Shown here: positions 26,252 to 35,678 of the stretch, piece by piece | Layout of the letters: each line of letters begins with the position of its first letter | Numbering within the stretch: the stretch's first letter is position 1 | Source of the DNA: Pseudomonadota bacterium | GTDB taxonomy: Bacteria; Desulfobacterota; Binatia; UBA1149 | Assembly (NCBI GenBank): GCA_014382245.1 | Contig: JACNKC010000057.1 | Coordinates: 174-64,173, forward strand | DNA length: 64,000 nt | Direction of reading: 5' to 3' | Notes under the pieces: model-generated | What the model saw: only the letters and a program-made list of their open reading frames with translations | Database searches by the model: none | What the model was told of the DNA's origin: nothing | Translations under genes and position numbers: made by a program

Positions 26252-27829
26252 GTGGGCTGGGACAAGGAAACCGAGGGGATACGCGCGCGCCGCGAGGCCG
26301 CGCTGGCCATGGGTGGCGCCGAGGCCGTTGACCGTCAGCACGGCAAGGGCCGCCTGACGGTGCGCGAGCGTATTGACGTGCTGGTCGACGAGGGGAGCTT
26401 TGCCGAGCAGGGCCCGATGGCCGGTCACTCCGAGATCGACGACGAGGGACGCCTGGTCGAATTCACGCCGGGCAACTACGTGCTGGGCATGGCGCGCCTG
26501 GACGGTCGGCCCTGCGTGGTAGGGGGTGAGGATTTCACGCTCAAGGGCGGATCGCCCACGCCGGCCGGCCTGCGCAAGAGCGTCTACGCCGAGCAACTGG
26601 CCGTGCAGTACCGGGTGCCCCTGGTGCGCCTGCTCGAGGGTGGCGGCGGCAGCGTGGCCGGAACACGTGGCGGCAAGAACGCGGGCAAGGGTGGCGGCGG
26701 AGCCCACGCCGGCGATCCGGTTTACGTTACGCCCAGGTTCATGTCCTTTGCCGAGGCCATGGCGGCGGTGCCCGTGGTGTCGGTGGCACTGGGGCCGGTG
26801 GCGGGTTTCCCGGCTGCGCGCCTGGTGTCATCTCATTTCTCGATAATGGTGCGCGACACCTCGCAGGTGCTCATCGCCGGGCCGGCCGTCGTGGAGCGCG
26901 CGCTGGGCGAGAAGAAAACCAAGGAAGAACTCGGCGGCGCGGCCGTGCACATGCACAGCGGCGTGGTGGACAACCGGGCCGACGACGAAGCGGGTGCGCT
27001 GGCGCAGGTAAGGCGCTTTCTTTCCTACCTGCCCACCAACGTCTGGGAGCCGGCGCCCCGGGTGGCCCGCGACGACGATCCCGCCCGCGCCGAAAGCGAA
27101 CTCAACTCGATCATCCCGCGCGACCGTCGCAAGGCCTTCGACATCAGGCGGGTGTTGGAACTGGTATTTGACGCGGGCAGTTTCTTCGAGATGTCGGCCG
27201 GCTACGGGCCTTCGCAGGTCACCGGCCTGGCGCGGCTGGACGGACAGGCGGTGGGCGTGTGGGCCAACGACTGCCGCTTCTGGGCCGGCGCGATGGACGC
27301 CGACGGGGCGCAGAAGGCCAGGCGTTTCATTGACCTCTGTGACAGCTTTCACCTGCCTATTATCAGCCTGGTCGACGAACCCGGTTTCATGATTGGTACC
27401 GGGTCAGAGGCGGCCGGCACCATACGCTACGGCGCGCAGACCATATTTGCGGCCAACCAGTCATCGGTACCCTGGGCGGCGGTTCACCTGCGCAAGGCCT
27501 TCGGCGTGGCGGCCGCGGCCCATTTCGGCCCGGAGTCGTACGTGCTGACGTGGCCCTCGGCCGAAAGCGGTGCGCTGCCCGTCGAGGGTGGCGTGGCGGT
27601 GGCCTTCGGACGCGAGATAGCCGCCGCTGATGATCCCGACGCCCTTCGCAGCGAGCTGGAGGAACAGTTCGCCGCCTCGCGCACGCCGTTTCCCCGCGCC
27701 GAGTCTTTCGGAGTACACGATCTCATCGAGCCCGCCGAAACCCGCAGTCGCCTGTGCCGCTGGGTGGAGTGGATACAGCCACGCCTGGCCACGCTGGTGG
27801 GGCCCACCAGCCATTCGGTTCGACCCTAG
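26252..27829 (+). CDS. Acyl-CoA carboxylase carboxyltransferase (beta) subunit
   Basis: 525 aa. QHGKGRLTVRERIDVLVDEGSF.., PLVRLLEGGGGS and HLPIISLVDEPGFMIG are typical of PccB/AccD5-type carboxyltransferases. Confidence 0.88.
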   Translation: MGWDKETEGIRARREAALAMGGAEAVDRQHGKGRLTVRERIDVLVDEGSFAEQGPMAGHSEIDDEGRLVEFTPGNYVLGMARLDGRPCVVGGEDFTLKGGSPTPAGLRKSVYAEQLAVQYRVPLVRLLEGGGGSVAGTRGGKNAGKGGGGAHAGDPVYVTPRFMSFAEAMAAVPVVSVALGPVAGFPAARLVSSHFSIMVRDTSQVLIAGPAVVERALGEKKTKEELGGAAVHMHSGVVDNRADDEAGALAQVRRFLSYLPTNVWEPAPRVARDDDPARAESELNSIIPRDRRKAFDIRRVLELVFDAGSFFEMSAGYGPSQVTGLARLDGQAVGVWANDCRFWAGAMDADGAQKARRFIDLCDSFHLPIISLVDEPGFMIGTGSEAAGTIRYGAQTIFAANQSSVPWAAVHLRKAFGVAAAAHFGPESYVLTWPSAESGALPVEGGVAVAFGREIAAADDPDALRSELEEQFAASRTPFPRAESFGVHDLIEPAETRSRLCRWVEWIQPRLATLVGPTSHSVRP

Positions 27830-28854
27830 GGAATCAGCGCCAGGCGGATGGGCGAGTTTCGGCGAGAGTCGAGGTCGGCGAAGGCCGAGGCGGCGTCCTC
27901 GAGCGGGTAGCGTTCGGTTATCGATCGCGAAAGATCCAGCGTGCCCGCCGCCGCCATCTCTACCACGCGGTCAAGTTCGGTACGGGTGTAGCCCATCGAG
28001 CCGGTGATCGAGATCTCCTTGCCTATGAACGAGACCAGCGGTGGCAGGCGAGGGCGGTCGATGCCCACGCCGCCGAGCACCACGCGGCCGCTTCTTGCCA
28101 CGCAACGCAAGGCCAGCGAAACGGTGGCTTCGCCGCCTACGAATTCGATCACGCAGGCCGGTCCCTCGCCGCCCGCTGCCCTGCGAACCTGCCGATGGGC
28201 GTCGTCGGCGCGACCGTCCACGCAGACATTGGCACCGGCAGCGCGCGCTTTTTCCAGCGCGCCTTCGCTGGCGTCGATCGCTACCACGGTGCCTGCTCCC
28301 AGTATGCGAGCGAGCAACAAAACGTGGTAGCCAACGCCGCCGCAGCCTATTACGGCCAGGCTCTCGCCAGGCTGCAAGGCGCCGCGCGTAGCAACGGCGT
28401 GGTAGGCAGTGGCCACCGCGTCGGCCAGTATGGCCCCGTGTTCAAAGGGGAGGGTGTCGGGCAGCGGCAGCGTGCAGGAGGCCGAAGCGACTACGCGCTG
28501 AGCAAAAGTACCGTCGCGTGCCATGCCGAAAATCTGCGCGCTCGCGCACAGGCCCAGGTGCCCGTCAAGGCAGGGACCGCACTCGCCGCAGGTCTCGCTG
28601 GGCAACAACAACACGCGGTCGCCCACCGTGCGGTCGGTAACCCCGTCGCCGACCGCGGACACGACGCCGGCACCCTCGTGTCCCATGACTACCGGAAGGC
28701 CAGGCAGCGGTAAACGGCCGTGCACGGCGTGCAGGTCGGTGCCACACACGCCGGCGGCTTTTATATCTACGAGCACTTCGCCCGGGCCAGCGACGGGCTC
28801 GTCTACTTCTTCTACTTCGACCCTGTTTTCCGGGTGCAGTCTTACCGCTTTCAT
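27826..28854 (-). CDS. Zn-dependent alcohol dehydrogenase (MDR family)
   Basis: GVCGTDLH, GHEGAG, structural-Zn Cys cluster (CGECGPCLDGHLGLC) and GCGGVG Rossmann motif. Confidence 0.88.
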   Translation of the reverse strand: MKAVRLHPENRVEVEEVDEPVAGPGEVLVDIKAAGVCGTDLHAVHGRLPLPGLPVVMGHEGAGVVSAVGDGVTDRTVGDRVLLLPSETCGECGPCLDGHLGLCASAQIFGMARDGTFAQRVVASASCTLPLPDTLPFEHGAILADAVATAYHAVATRGALQPGESLAVIGCGGVGYHVLLLARILGAGTVVAIDASEGALEKARAAGANVCVDGRADDAHRQVRRAAGGEGPACVIEFVGGEATVSLALRCVARSGRVVLGGVGIDRPRLPPLVSFIGKEISITGSMGYTRTELDRVVEMAAAGTLDLSRSITERYPLEDAASAFADLDSRRNSPIRLALIP

Positions 28855-28877
28855 GTTCCTGTCTCCGCTGCCTGTTT

Positions 28878-30455
28878 TTACTCGGCGCCGTGTACGCCGC
28901 CTTCGGCGTTCTTCCAGTGGGGCTCGCGCAGGGCACGGCGCATGATCTTGCCGACCGGTGTCCTGGGAAGTTCGTCCATGATGTCGATTGCCTTGGGTAC
29001 CTTGAATCGCGCGAGACGCTCCTTGCAGAAGGCCAGAAGCTCTGCCTCGCTGGCGCTGGCCCCGGGCCTCAGCGAAACGGCAGCACGTATGGCCTCACCC
29101 CACTTGGGGTCCGGTATCGCGAAGACCGCGCAGTCGGCTACCGCGGGGTGCTCGGCGAGCTCACTCTCTACTTCGGCGGGGTATACGTTGAAGCCACCGG
29201 TTATGATCTTGTCTTCCTTGCGGTCGTCCAGGTAAAGGTAGCCACGTTGGTCGGTGTGTCCGAGGTCACCGGTGTAAAGCCAGCCGTTGCGGAGGCGGGC
29301 CTCGTCGAGTTCCGGGCGTTTCCAGAAACCCGGTGTCGTCCACGGCGCACTTACGCAGATCTCGCCGGTTTCGCCCACTTCCGCTTCCGCACCCGACTCG
29401 TCAACCACGCGCACCTGCGCGAAGGCCGGCCGCTCGCGTCCCACCGACCTGAGCCACTCGCCTTCCTGTTCGAGTGCCGCCGCGTGCTCGTCGGGGCCCA
29501 TGAAGGTGTTGAGTGCGTAGGCTTCGGTTTGTCCGAAGCCGGTGTAGAGCACGGGCCCCACGCGTTCGAAGGCGCGCTTGACCAGCGCCGGTGCCGCCGG
29601 CGCAGCGGCGTATACTATCGCCCGCAGGCTCGAAAGGTCGGCCTGCTCGGCGCCCGGGTGGTCGAGCAGCATGCGCAGCAGGGTGGGAATGATGAGCACC
29701 ATCGTTACCCGGTGTTTCTCGATGGCGGCTATCATCTCTTCGAGGTCGGGGGTGGGCAGGATGACCAGGGTAGCGCCACCCATCCAGCAGGTGTCCATGG
29801 CGCGGCCGCCGAAGTGGCTCAGGGCCAGCTGTCCGAGCAAGCGGTCGTCGGGGTTGACGTCGAAGCTGGTCTGCCAGGAACTCATGGCCGCGGCCACGCT
29901 TCCGTAACTGTGGGTCACTCCCTTGGGGTGGCCGGTGGTGCCCGAGGTATACAGTATCTGCGCGAGCGACGTTGCCGGGCGGTCCAGCGAGGGACGTTCG
30001 AAGGTTTCCTTGTTGGCCAGGGCCGACAGGTCGTGATCGGCCGCAGTGCTGGCGCCCGCGGTCGCATCGCCGGCCACCGATAGAACCGACGCTCCCCCGG
30101 CGGCCGCCCGTGCCCGCTCCACCCCCCTGGCCGACAGGCCGACCACGAAACTGGCCTCGGAGTCGTTGACCATGAAAGAGTGCTCGCTTTCGGTGAGCGC
30201 GCCCAGCAGCGGGACGATAGCTCCACCTGCGCGCGCGATGGCGATCACCGTCCGCACGTACTCTATCGTGTTCTCCTGCACCAGTGCCACGCGCTGGCCG
30301 GGTTCGAGCCCCAGGCCGATCAGTGCGCGCGAAAGTTGGGTGGCGCGTTCGTCGAGCTCGCGGTAGTCCACGCGGCGGTCGCCGTCGATGACGGCGGTTT
30401 GCTCGGGCCAGCTTCGCGCGGCGCGGGCTGGGTAATGGGAGTAGGGCGCTATCAC
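28878..30455 (-). CDS. AMP-dependent acyl-CoA synthetase/ligase
   Basis: AMP-binding motif LYTSGTTGHPKGV, TGD, and the C-terminal PRTPVGKI region. GTGA overlap with the upstream gene's stop. Confidence 0.9.
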   Translation of the reverse strand: MIAPYSHYPARAARSWPEQTAVIDGDRRVDYRELDERATQLSRALIGLGLEPGQRVALVQENTIEYVRTVIAIARAGGAIVPLLGALTESEHSFMVNDSEASFVVGLSARGVERARAAAGGASVLSVAGDATAGASTAADHDLSALANKETFERPSLDRPATSLAQILYTSGTTGHPKGVTHSYGSVAAAMSSWQTSFDVNPDDRLLGQLALSHFGGRAMDTCWMGGATLVILPTPDLEEMIAAIEKHRVTMVLIIPTLLRMLLDHPGAEQADLSSLRAIVYAAAPAAPALVKRAFERVGPVLYTGFGQTEAYALNTFMGPDEHAAALEQEGEWLRSVGRERPAFAQVRVVDESGAEAEVGETGEICVSAPWTTPGFWKRPELDEARLRNGWLYTGDLGHTDQRGYLYLDDRKEDKIITGGFNVYPAEVESELAEHPAVADCAVFAIPDPKWGEAIRAAVSLRPGASASEAELLAFCKERLARFKVPKAIDIMDELPRTPVGKIMRRALREPHWKNAEGGVHGAE

Positions 30456-31336
30456 TTGTTCCTGCCGCCTCCCTTGCCGCGGCCCGTAGGAGCAGCGCCA
30501 CCGGGCAGCTCCCTGTCGGCCGGGCCCGTGTAACTCGCGCCCAGTTCGGGCGTGATGATGCGCAGTGGCACGCCGTCGCGTATTTCTTCGACCACGTGGG
30601 CGAGCAGCGCCATGCCGTAACTGAGTGCGCCCAGGCCACCGGTCATCAGCGGATCAAAGCCGAGGTCTGACAGTACGGCGCCCAGCGCACCGGCAAGGTT
30701 TATGGGGATGAGCCTGCCCTTGCGCCGTGCCATTTCTTCTTCCACCGCGTCGAGCAGTTGCCCGTGCTCGTTCCAACCACCCAGCTCGCCCGCCAGCCGC
30801 CTGAGGGCCAGGACCCTGGGCTCGCCTTGCTTGTGCACGGGATGGCCCAGTCCGGGTACAGCGCCTCGGCGTTCGATCCAGGTGTCGATCAACTGCGCCG
30901 CGGCAGCCGCCGGTTCGAGCTCCAGGGCTACGCCTTCGATGAGCATCTCGGCGGGTTCCTGGGGTGAGCCGGTGACTGATCCACTGGCCAGCATGCCGCT
31001 CGCCAGCGCCGGTACGGGCGAATCGGGGGTGGCCGAGGCCGTGTAGCGAGCCGCGCAGGCCGCCGAGTTTATGAACTGCTGGTCCATGCCGCTGCGCAGC
31101 ACGAGGTCGAACAGGGCGGTTTCGCGTTCGTCGGCCAGCTCACCCCTGAGCAGCAGCCACGCGCTCTCGGTGTAAGACAGCCGCTCGATGAGTTCTTCTA
31201 TGCGGTAACCCCTCACTCGTATGTTGCCCTGCTCGGCACGGCTGATCGAAGTGCTCCAGTAGTCGCTCCAGTCGCCCGATGCCACGTACTGGCCGACGTG
31301 TCGTTTTGGTTTTTTGCCGCTTTTACCGTTGCCCAT
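30452..31336 (-). CDS. Citrate-synthase-fold protein (citryl-CoA-lyase-like, short form)
   Basis: 294 aa. IRVRGYRIEELIERLSYTESAWLLLRGEL.. and VPGLGHPVHKQGEPR resemble the citrate synthase / citryl-CoA lyase family. Call is by eye. Confidence 0.6.
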   Translation of the reverse strand: MGNGKSGKKPKRHVGQYVASGDWSDYWSTSISRAEQGNIRVRGYRIEELIERLSYTESAWLLLRGELADERETALFDLVLRSGMDQQFINSAACAARYTASATPDSPVPALASGMLASGSVTGSPQEPAEMLIEGVALELEPAAAAAQLIDTWIERRGAVPGLGHPVHKQGEPRVLALRRLAGELGGWNEHGQLLDAVEEEMARRKGRLIPINLAGALGAVLSDLGFDPLMTGGLGALSYGMALLAHVVEEIRDGVPLRIITPELGASYTGPADRELPGGAAPTGRGKGGGRNK

Positions 31337-31357
31337 GTTGGTCTCTCCCGCTGCCGG

Positions 31358-32149
31358 TTATCTGCCCTTGAAAACGGGTTTACGTTTATCGAGAAAAGCC
31401 CGCGGTCCTTCCTGCGCGTCTTCGCTCTGCCGCACGGGTTCGGCCAGCAGTTGCTCCAGGCGCAGGCCTTCTTCCAGGGGAAGGTCGAGCCCACGCAACA
31501 CCGCCGCCCGCGCGGCCTGTACGGCCAACGGCGCGTTGGCGGCTACGAGTCCGGCCAGCTCGGTGGCCTGTTCGAGCAGGTCGGCGGCATCCACCACGCG
31601 GCTCACCAGTCCTACCCGCAGCGCTTCTTCGGCGTCCAGGCGTCGCCCGCTCATGATCATGTCCAGGGCGACCGACGGTCCTACCAGCCGCGGCAGGCGC
31701 TGGGTGCCGCCGGCGCCTGGTATGAGCCCGTGCGTGACCTCGGGCAGGCCGAAGCTGGCCGTGTCGGCGGCCAGGCGAATGTCGCAGGACAACGCGAGCT
31801 CGAGCCCACCGGCCAGGCAGGCCCCGTTTATCGCGGCGATGATGGGTTTCTCGATTCGCATGTTACGCGTCAGTCCGCCCAAGCCGGGCTGTTGCTCTGA
31901 GCGGCGCAGTCGTTCGGTCGGGCCCAGGTTCCGGTAGAACTCGCCCACGCCCCTCATGTCGGCGCCCGAGCAGAAGGCCTTGTCGCCGGCCCCCGTGAGC
32001 ACGGCTACGCGCAGGTCCGGGTCGTCGTTGAAGCGTCGCCAGGTAGCCACCAGCTCGTCGCTGGCATCGAAGTCGAGCGCGTTGCGCACTTCGGGGCGGT
32101 CGATCGTGACAAGCGCCACGCCGCCTGTTGTTTCAAAGAGTATGCTCAT
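31358..32149 (-). CDS. Enoyl-CoA hydratase/isomerase (crotonase) family
   Basis: VALVTIDRPEVRNAL, FCSGADM, and AAINGACLAGGLELALSCD. Confidence 0.9.
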   Translation of the reverse strand: MSILFETTGGVALVTIDRPEVRNALDFDASDELVATWRRFNDDPDLRVAVLTGAGDKAFCSGADMRGVGEFYRNLGPTERLRRSEQQPGLGGLTRNMRIEKPIIAAINGACLAGGLELALSCDIRLAADTASFGLPEVTHGLIPGAGGTQRLPRLVGPSVALDMIMSGRRLDAEEALRVGLVSRVVDAADLLEQATELAGLVAANAPLAVQAARAAVLRGLDLPLEEGLRLEQLLAEPVRQSEDAQEGPRAFLDKRKPVFKGR

Positions 32150-32607
32150 GTCTTTTTCCCCGTGCTGGCCTCGCTTGTGCCGGTGGTTCCTCCGCTGGTC
32201 GGTTCGAAGCGGGGAATTTTCCGGTCGCCCGCCTGTTCAAACACCAGCTGCACTCTCATGCCGGTGCGCACTGCGTCGGAATCGAGCCCCGTTACGTTCG
32301 ATACCATGCGCGGGCCCTCGTCCAACTCTATGACCGCCACGACGTAGGGCGGTGGTATCGCGGGGTGGTAGCCGTGGCGGTAGACGGTGTACGTCACGAC
32401 CTGTCCGCGGCCGCTCGCCGCGTGCTGGTCGATATAGCTTGACCAGCAGCGCGGACAGCAGGGGCCGGGGGGCAGGAAGTAGTGCCCGCAGTCGCGGCAG
32501 TGCGTCATCATCAGCGATCCGTGTTGGCAGGCTTCCCAGAACGACGCCGTCAGTTGGTCATCTGCGGGCGCGGGGTGCGCGGTTTTCGTGGCTGCCTTTT
32601 CCTCCAT
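32146..32607 (-). CDS. DUF35 Zn-ribbon/OB-fold protein (BbsA / ChsH2-C-terminal type thiolase partner)
   Basis: 153 aa. Four-Cys ribbon CRDCGHYFLPPGPCCPRC followed by an OB-fold region. ATGA and TGATG overlaps with both neighbours. Confidence 0.85.
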   Translation of the reverse strand: MEEKAATKTAHPAPADDQLTASFWEACQHGSLMMTHCRDCGHYFLPPGPCCPRCWSSYIDQHAASGRGQVVTYTVYRHGYHPAIPPPYVVAVIELDEGPRMVSNVTGLDSDAVRTGMRVQLVFEQAGDRKIPRFEPTSGGTTGTSEASTGKKT

Positions 32608-33746
32608 CAGCGATCTGCTCCCAGCAGAAGTCCGGTGTGTGTGTTCATGCCGAGTCCGTGGCCCGAAACCAGGGCCACGCTCGCGTCAGCTACCTGTCGC
32701 TCACCGGCCTCGCCTCGCAACTGCCGCACGGCCTCGATTACGTGCATCATGCCGCCGCCGTAGCACTCGGCCAGCAGGCCGCCGCTGGTATTCACCGGCA
32801 GGCGGCCGCCGGGAGCGATGCCGCCGTTTTCTACGAACGAACCTGCCTCGCCGCGTGCGCAGAACCCGTAGTCTTCCAACTGCATGAGCAGAACTATGCT
32901 GAAGCAGTCGTACAACAGCGCGAGGTCGACGTCCGACGGCTCGAGGCCCGCCCGCTCGAACAAGCGTGGCGCAGAGCGCGCGGCGGGCAGTTGGTCAAAG
33001 TGCGTGCCATTGCCCATGGTCTGAAGGCTGTGGGCCTGGGCCTGCGAAAGCACGCGCACGGTACTTCGTTCGAGTCGCGCGGCGCGTTCGGCCGACAGCA
33101 CGAGCACGGCGGCCGCACCGTCAGACACCATGCAACAGTCCAACGCCCGCAGCGGTTCGGCCACCGGCTTGCTAGCCAGGTAATCGTCCATGCTGAGCAA
33201 CTCCCTCTTCAGGGCATGGGGCGTGAGCGCTGCGTGGGCGCGTGCGGCCAGCACCACTTCGCCCAGCTGTTCGGGCCGGGTACCGTAGTTATGCGCGTGG
33301 CGGCGCGCGGCCAACGCGTGCATTCCCACTGCACCGAAAAACCCGAAAACCGCGTCGTCGCCGCGGCCGTAGCCGAAGGCGGCGGGCTGCGACAGTGGGC
33401 TGTCTCCATACACGCACAGGCAGGCCGAGCACAGGCCGGCCTCAACGGCCAGCACCGCGCGGCCCACTATGCCCACGCTACCGGCTCCGCCCAGGATCTC
33501 GGAGCCGGCGTAGTCCGGGTCCAGCCCGAGCTGGGCCCCGAGGCGCAAAAAATGCGGAGTTATCCCGTCCAGTATTCCCTGCGCGGGCCCCGGATCGGTA
33601 AGCAGGCCGTCAACGTCGCCGGGCTCCAGCCCGGCATCGGCCACCGCCGCCCTCGCCGCGGTGGTTTCGAGCTGCCACGGTGTGAGGCCGGGCAGGCGGC
33701 CGAATTCGCTGTGCCCCACGCCTGCTATGACCGCGCCTCTGCTCAA
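32607..33746 (-). CDS. SCPx-type thiolase-like protein (lipid-transfer-protein / BbsB type)
   Basis: AVIAGVGHSEFGR.., LDCCMVSDGAAAVLVLS, and C-terminal NTSGGLL..GHGLG. Start assigned to TTG 33746, which forms a TTGA overlap with the ACAD stop. The track ORF extension to 33896 lies inside the ACAD gene. Confidence 0.82.
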   Translation of the reverse strand: MSRGAVIAGVGHSEFGRLPGLTPWQLETTAARAAVADAGLEPGDVDGLLTDPGPAQGILDGITPHFLRLGAQLGLDPDYAGSEILGGAGSVGIVGRAVLAVEAGLCSACLCVYGDSPLSQPAAFGYGRGDDAVFGFFGAVGMHALAARRHAHNYGTRPEQLGEVVLAARAHAALTPHALKRELLSMDDYLASKPVAEPLRALDCCMVSDGAAAVLVLSAERAARLERSTVRVLSQAQAHSLQTMGNGTHFDQLPAARSAPRLFERAGLEPSDVDLALLYDCFSIVLLMQLEDYGFCARGEAGSFVENGGIAPGGRLPVNTSGGLLAECYGGGMMHVIEAVRQLRGEAGERQVADASVALVSGHGLGMNTHTGLLLGADR

Positions 33747-34900
33747 GCGACCCCCGCCGGCATGCGTCGCTTGGCAATTATTTCGCGCATGATCTCGCTC
33801 GTGCCCGCTCCCACTCCCCAGTTCTGAACGCCGCGGGCGCAGCGGGCCACGTAGTTTTCTTTCATGAAGCCGTAGCCACCGTGGGCCTGGGCGCATTCGA
33901 GCACGAGGTCGCGCGTGAGTTCAGCGCCGTAAAGCTTGGCCATGCTCACGGTGGTTTCTCCCTGCGGATCTCCCTCGCAGAGTTCTTCGGCGGCGCGGTA
34001 ACTGAGCAGCTCGGAGGCTTCGAGTCGGGTCATGAGATCGGCCATGCGGTGGCGCCACACCTGCATCGAGGCCAGCGGACGACCGAAGGCCTTGCGCTGG
34101 GCCATGTAGTCAAGCGTTTCTTCGAGTACGTCACGGCACAGCGAGTTCATCATTGCCGACAGCACCAGGCGTTCCCCCTGGAAGGCCTGCATGATGTAGC
34201 CGAAGCCCGCGCCTTCTTCGCCCACGAGGTAGCGCCGCGGAACGCGCACGTTGTCGAAGAACAGCTCGGCGGTGTCGCCCGAGTGCAGGTCCACTTTTTC
34301 CAGCGGGCTGCCGACCTGGTAGCCCGGCGAGTCGGTGGGGCACACCAGTATGCTCACTCCGCGCGGGCCCGGGCCGCCGGTGCGCACGGCGAGGGTAACG
34401 AAGTCGGCGCGTACGCCGTTGGATATGAAGATCTTCGATCCGTTTATGATGTAGTCGTCGCCGTCGGCGACCGCAGAGGTAGTGAGGGCCGCCACGTCAG
34501 AGCCGCCGCCGGGCTCGGAAACGCCCAGCGCAGCTATTTTTTCGCCCTTGATGGCGGGCAGGAGCCACTGGTCGCGCAGCTGGTCGCTGCCGTGCGCGTG
34601 GATTATCCCCGTGGCCATTTCGCACTGCACGAGCAGGCCCACCACGCTACCCATGTCGCGGCCACGGGCCAGTTCTTCGACCAGGATCACCGTGTACCAG
34701 TAGTCCAGTTCGCTGCCGCCCCAGCGCGCGGAGTAGCGCACTCCGAGCAATCCCAGGTCGCCGGCCTTGCGAATCAGCTCGTCTGGAAAACGGCCTTGCT
34801 GTTGCCACTGCTCGGCGTTGGGCAGGATCTCGTCGCGCGTGAATCGTCGCACCGTTTGCCTGAATGCCTCGTGTTCTTCGGTCCACCGGGGAAAACTCAT
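33743..34900 (-). CDS. Acyl-CoA dehydrogenase
   Basis: 385 aa. ALGVSEPGGGSDVAAL, catalytic-base region YEGTSEI-like (GAGTSEIMREII). SD AAGAGGAA lies upstream. Confidence 0.92.
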   Translation of the reverse strand: MSFPRWTEEHEAFRQTVRRFTRDEILPNAEQWQQQGRFPDELIRKAGDLGLLGVRYSARWGGSELDYWYTVILVEELARGRDMGSVVGLLVQCEMATGIIHAHGSDQLRDQWLLPAIKGEKIAALGVSEPGGGSDVAALTTSAVADGDDYIINGSKIFISNGVRADFVTLAVRTGGPGPRGVSILVCPTDSPGYQVGSPLEKVDLHSGDTAELFFDNVRVPRRYLVGEEGAGFGYIMQAFQGERLVLSAMMNSLCRDVLEETLDYMAQRKAFGRPLASMQVWRHRMADLMTRLEASELLSYRAAEELCEGDPQGETTVSMAKLYGAELTRDLVLECAQAHGGYGFMKENYVARCARGVQNWGVGAGTSEIMREIIAKRRMPAGVA

Positions 34901-34930
34901 CGTTTGTTCCTCTTGTCCGGGTTGGCTCGC

Positions 34931-35569
34931 CTAGCGCGCTGCCTTGCCGGGTAGCAATATGCCGCGGGCGAAAACGTCGTCCATGAGTGGCAGCATTTCA
35001 TCGAGATCGTAGTCGTGGGTGTCGAGCATCTCGCGTTCAACCAGCACACGGCCGAGGTGGAACATCAGGTAGGCCACCCGCTCGGGGTCAACGCGACGCA
35101 GAACCTTCTGCCTGATGCCTTCTTCGATCACTCGCTGCAACAGGCCGATGATGCGCGATTCCTGGTCACGGGTAAACGCGTGTGCCGCGGTTTCGAGGGT
35201 CATCTCGGGGTCGCCGGCCAGTGCGTGACCGAGTACGTTGTCGCGGCGGTAGTTCTGCCTGGTGAGTTCTACTACGGTGCGCATTTTTTTGCGTGCGCTG
35301 TTTCCGCCGGCGTTGCCGCTCACAATTTTCTCGGCCTTCGCGATGAAGAACTCGGCGTCGCGCTCAAGCAGGCTGATGTAAAGGTCTTCCTTGTTGCGGA
35401 AGTGTGCGTAGAGGGTAGTGCGCGAGCAGCCGGCCTCGCGGGCGATCTCGTCCATGGTGGTCTTGCGCGGCCCGAAGCGCAGAAACCGCCGGTTAGCCGC
35501 TTCGAGTATCGCTTGGCGTGCGCCGGCGGTGTCCGCGCCGGTCCTGCTGCCCGTTCCTGTCGTCGCCAT
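34931..35569 (-). CDS. TetR-family transcriptional regulator
   Basis: N-terminal HTH FGPRKTTMDEIAREAGCSRTTLYAHFRNKEDLY. It is the first gene of the minus-strand CoA operon and lies 30 nt upstream of the ACAD gene. Confidence 0.88.
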   Translation of the reverse strand: MATTGTGSRTGADTAGARQAILEAANRRFLRFGPRKTTMDEIAREAGCSRTTLYAHFRNKEDLYISLLERDAEFFIAKAEKIVSGNAGGNSARKKMRTVVELTRQNYRRDNVLGHALAGDPEMTLETAAHAFTRDQESRIIGLLQRVIEEGIRQKVLRRVDPERVAYLMFHLGRVLVEREMLDTHDYDLDEMLPLMDDVFARGILLPGKAAR

Positions 35570-35574
35570 GCCAG

Positions 35575-35607
35575 CAACTTAACATTTGACGTTTGTTTGT
35601 CAAGTTG
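35575..35607. promoter_or_regulatory. Candidate TetR operator in the divergent intergenic region
   Basis: Inverted repeat TTGAC-N8-GTCAA (35586-35603), flanked by CAACTT / AAGTTG. It starts 6 nt beyond the tetR start codon. The left arm is imperfect, interrupted by 5 nt. Confidence 0.35.
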
Positions 35608-35678
35608 TTAGGGTAGCGTCCGGCTGGAGGCGGTTGGCCACAAGCACCGCCGCAGTGAACGGGGAGAAGAACAACGAC

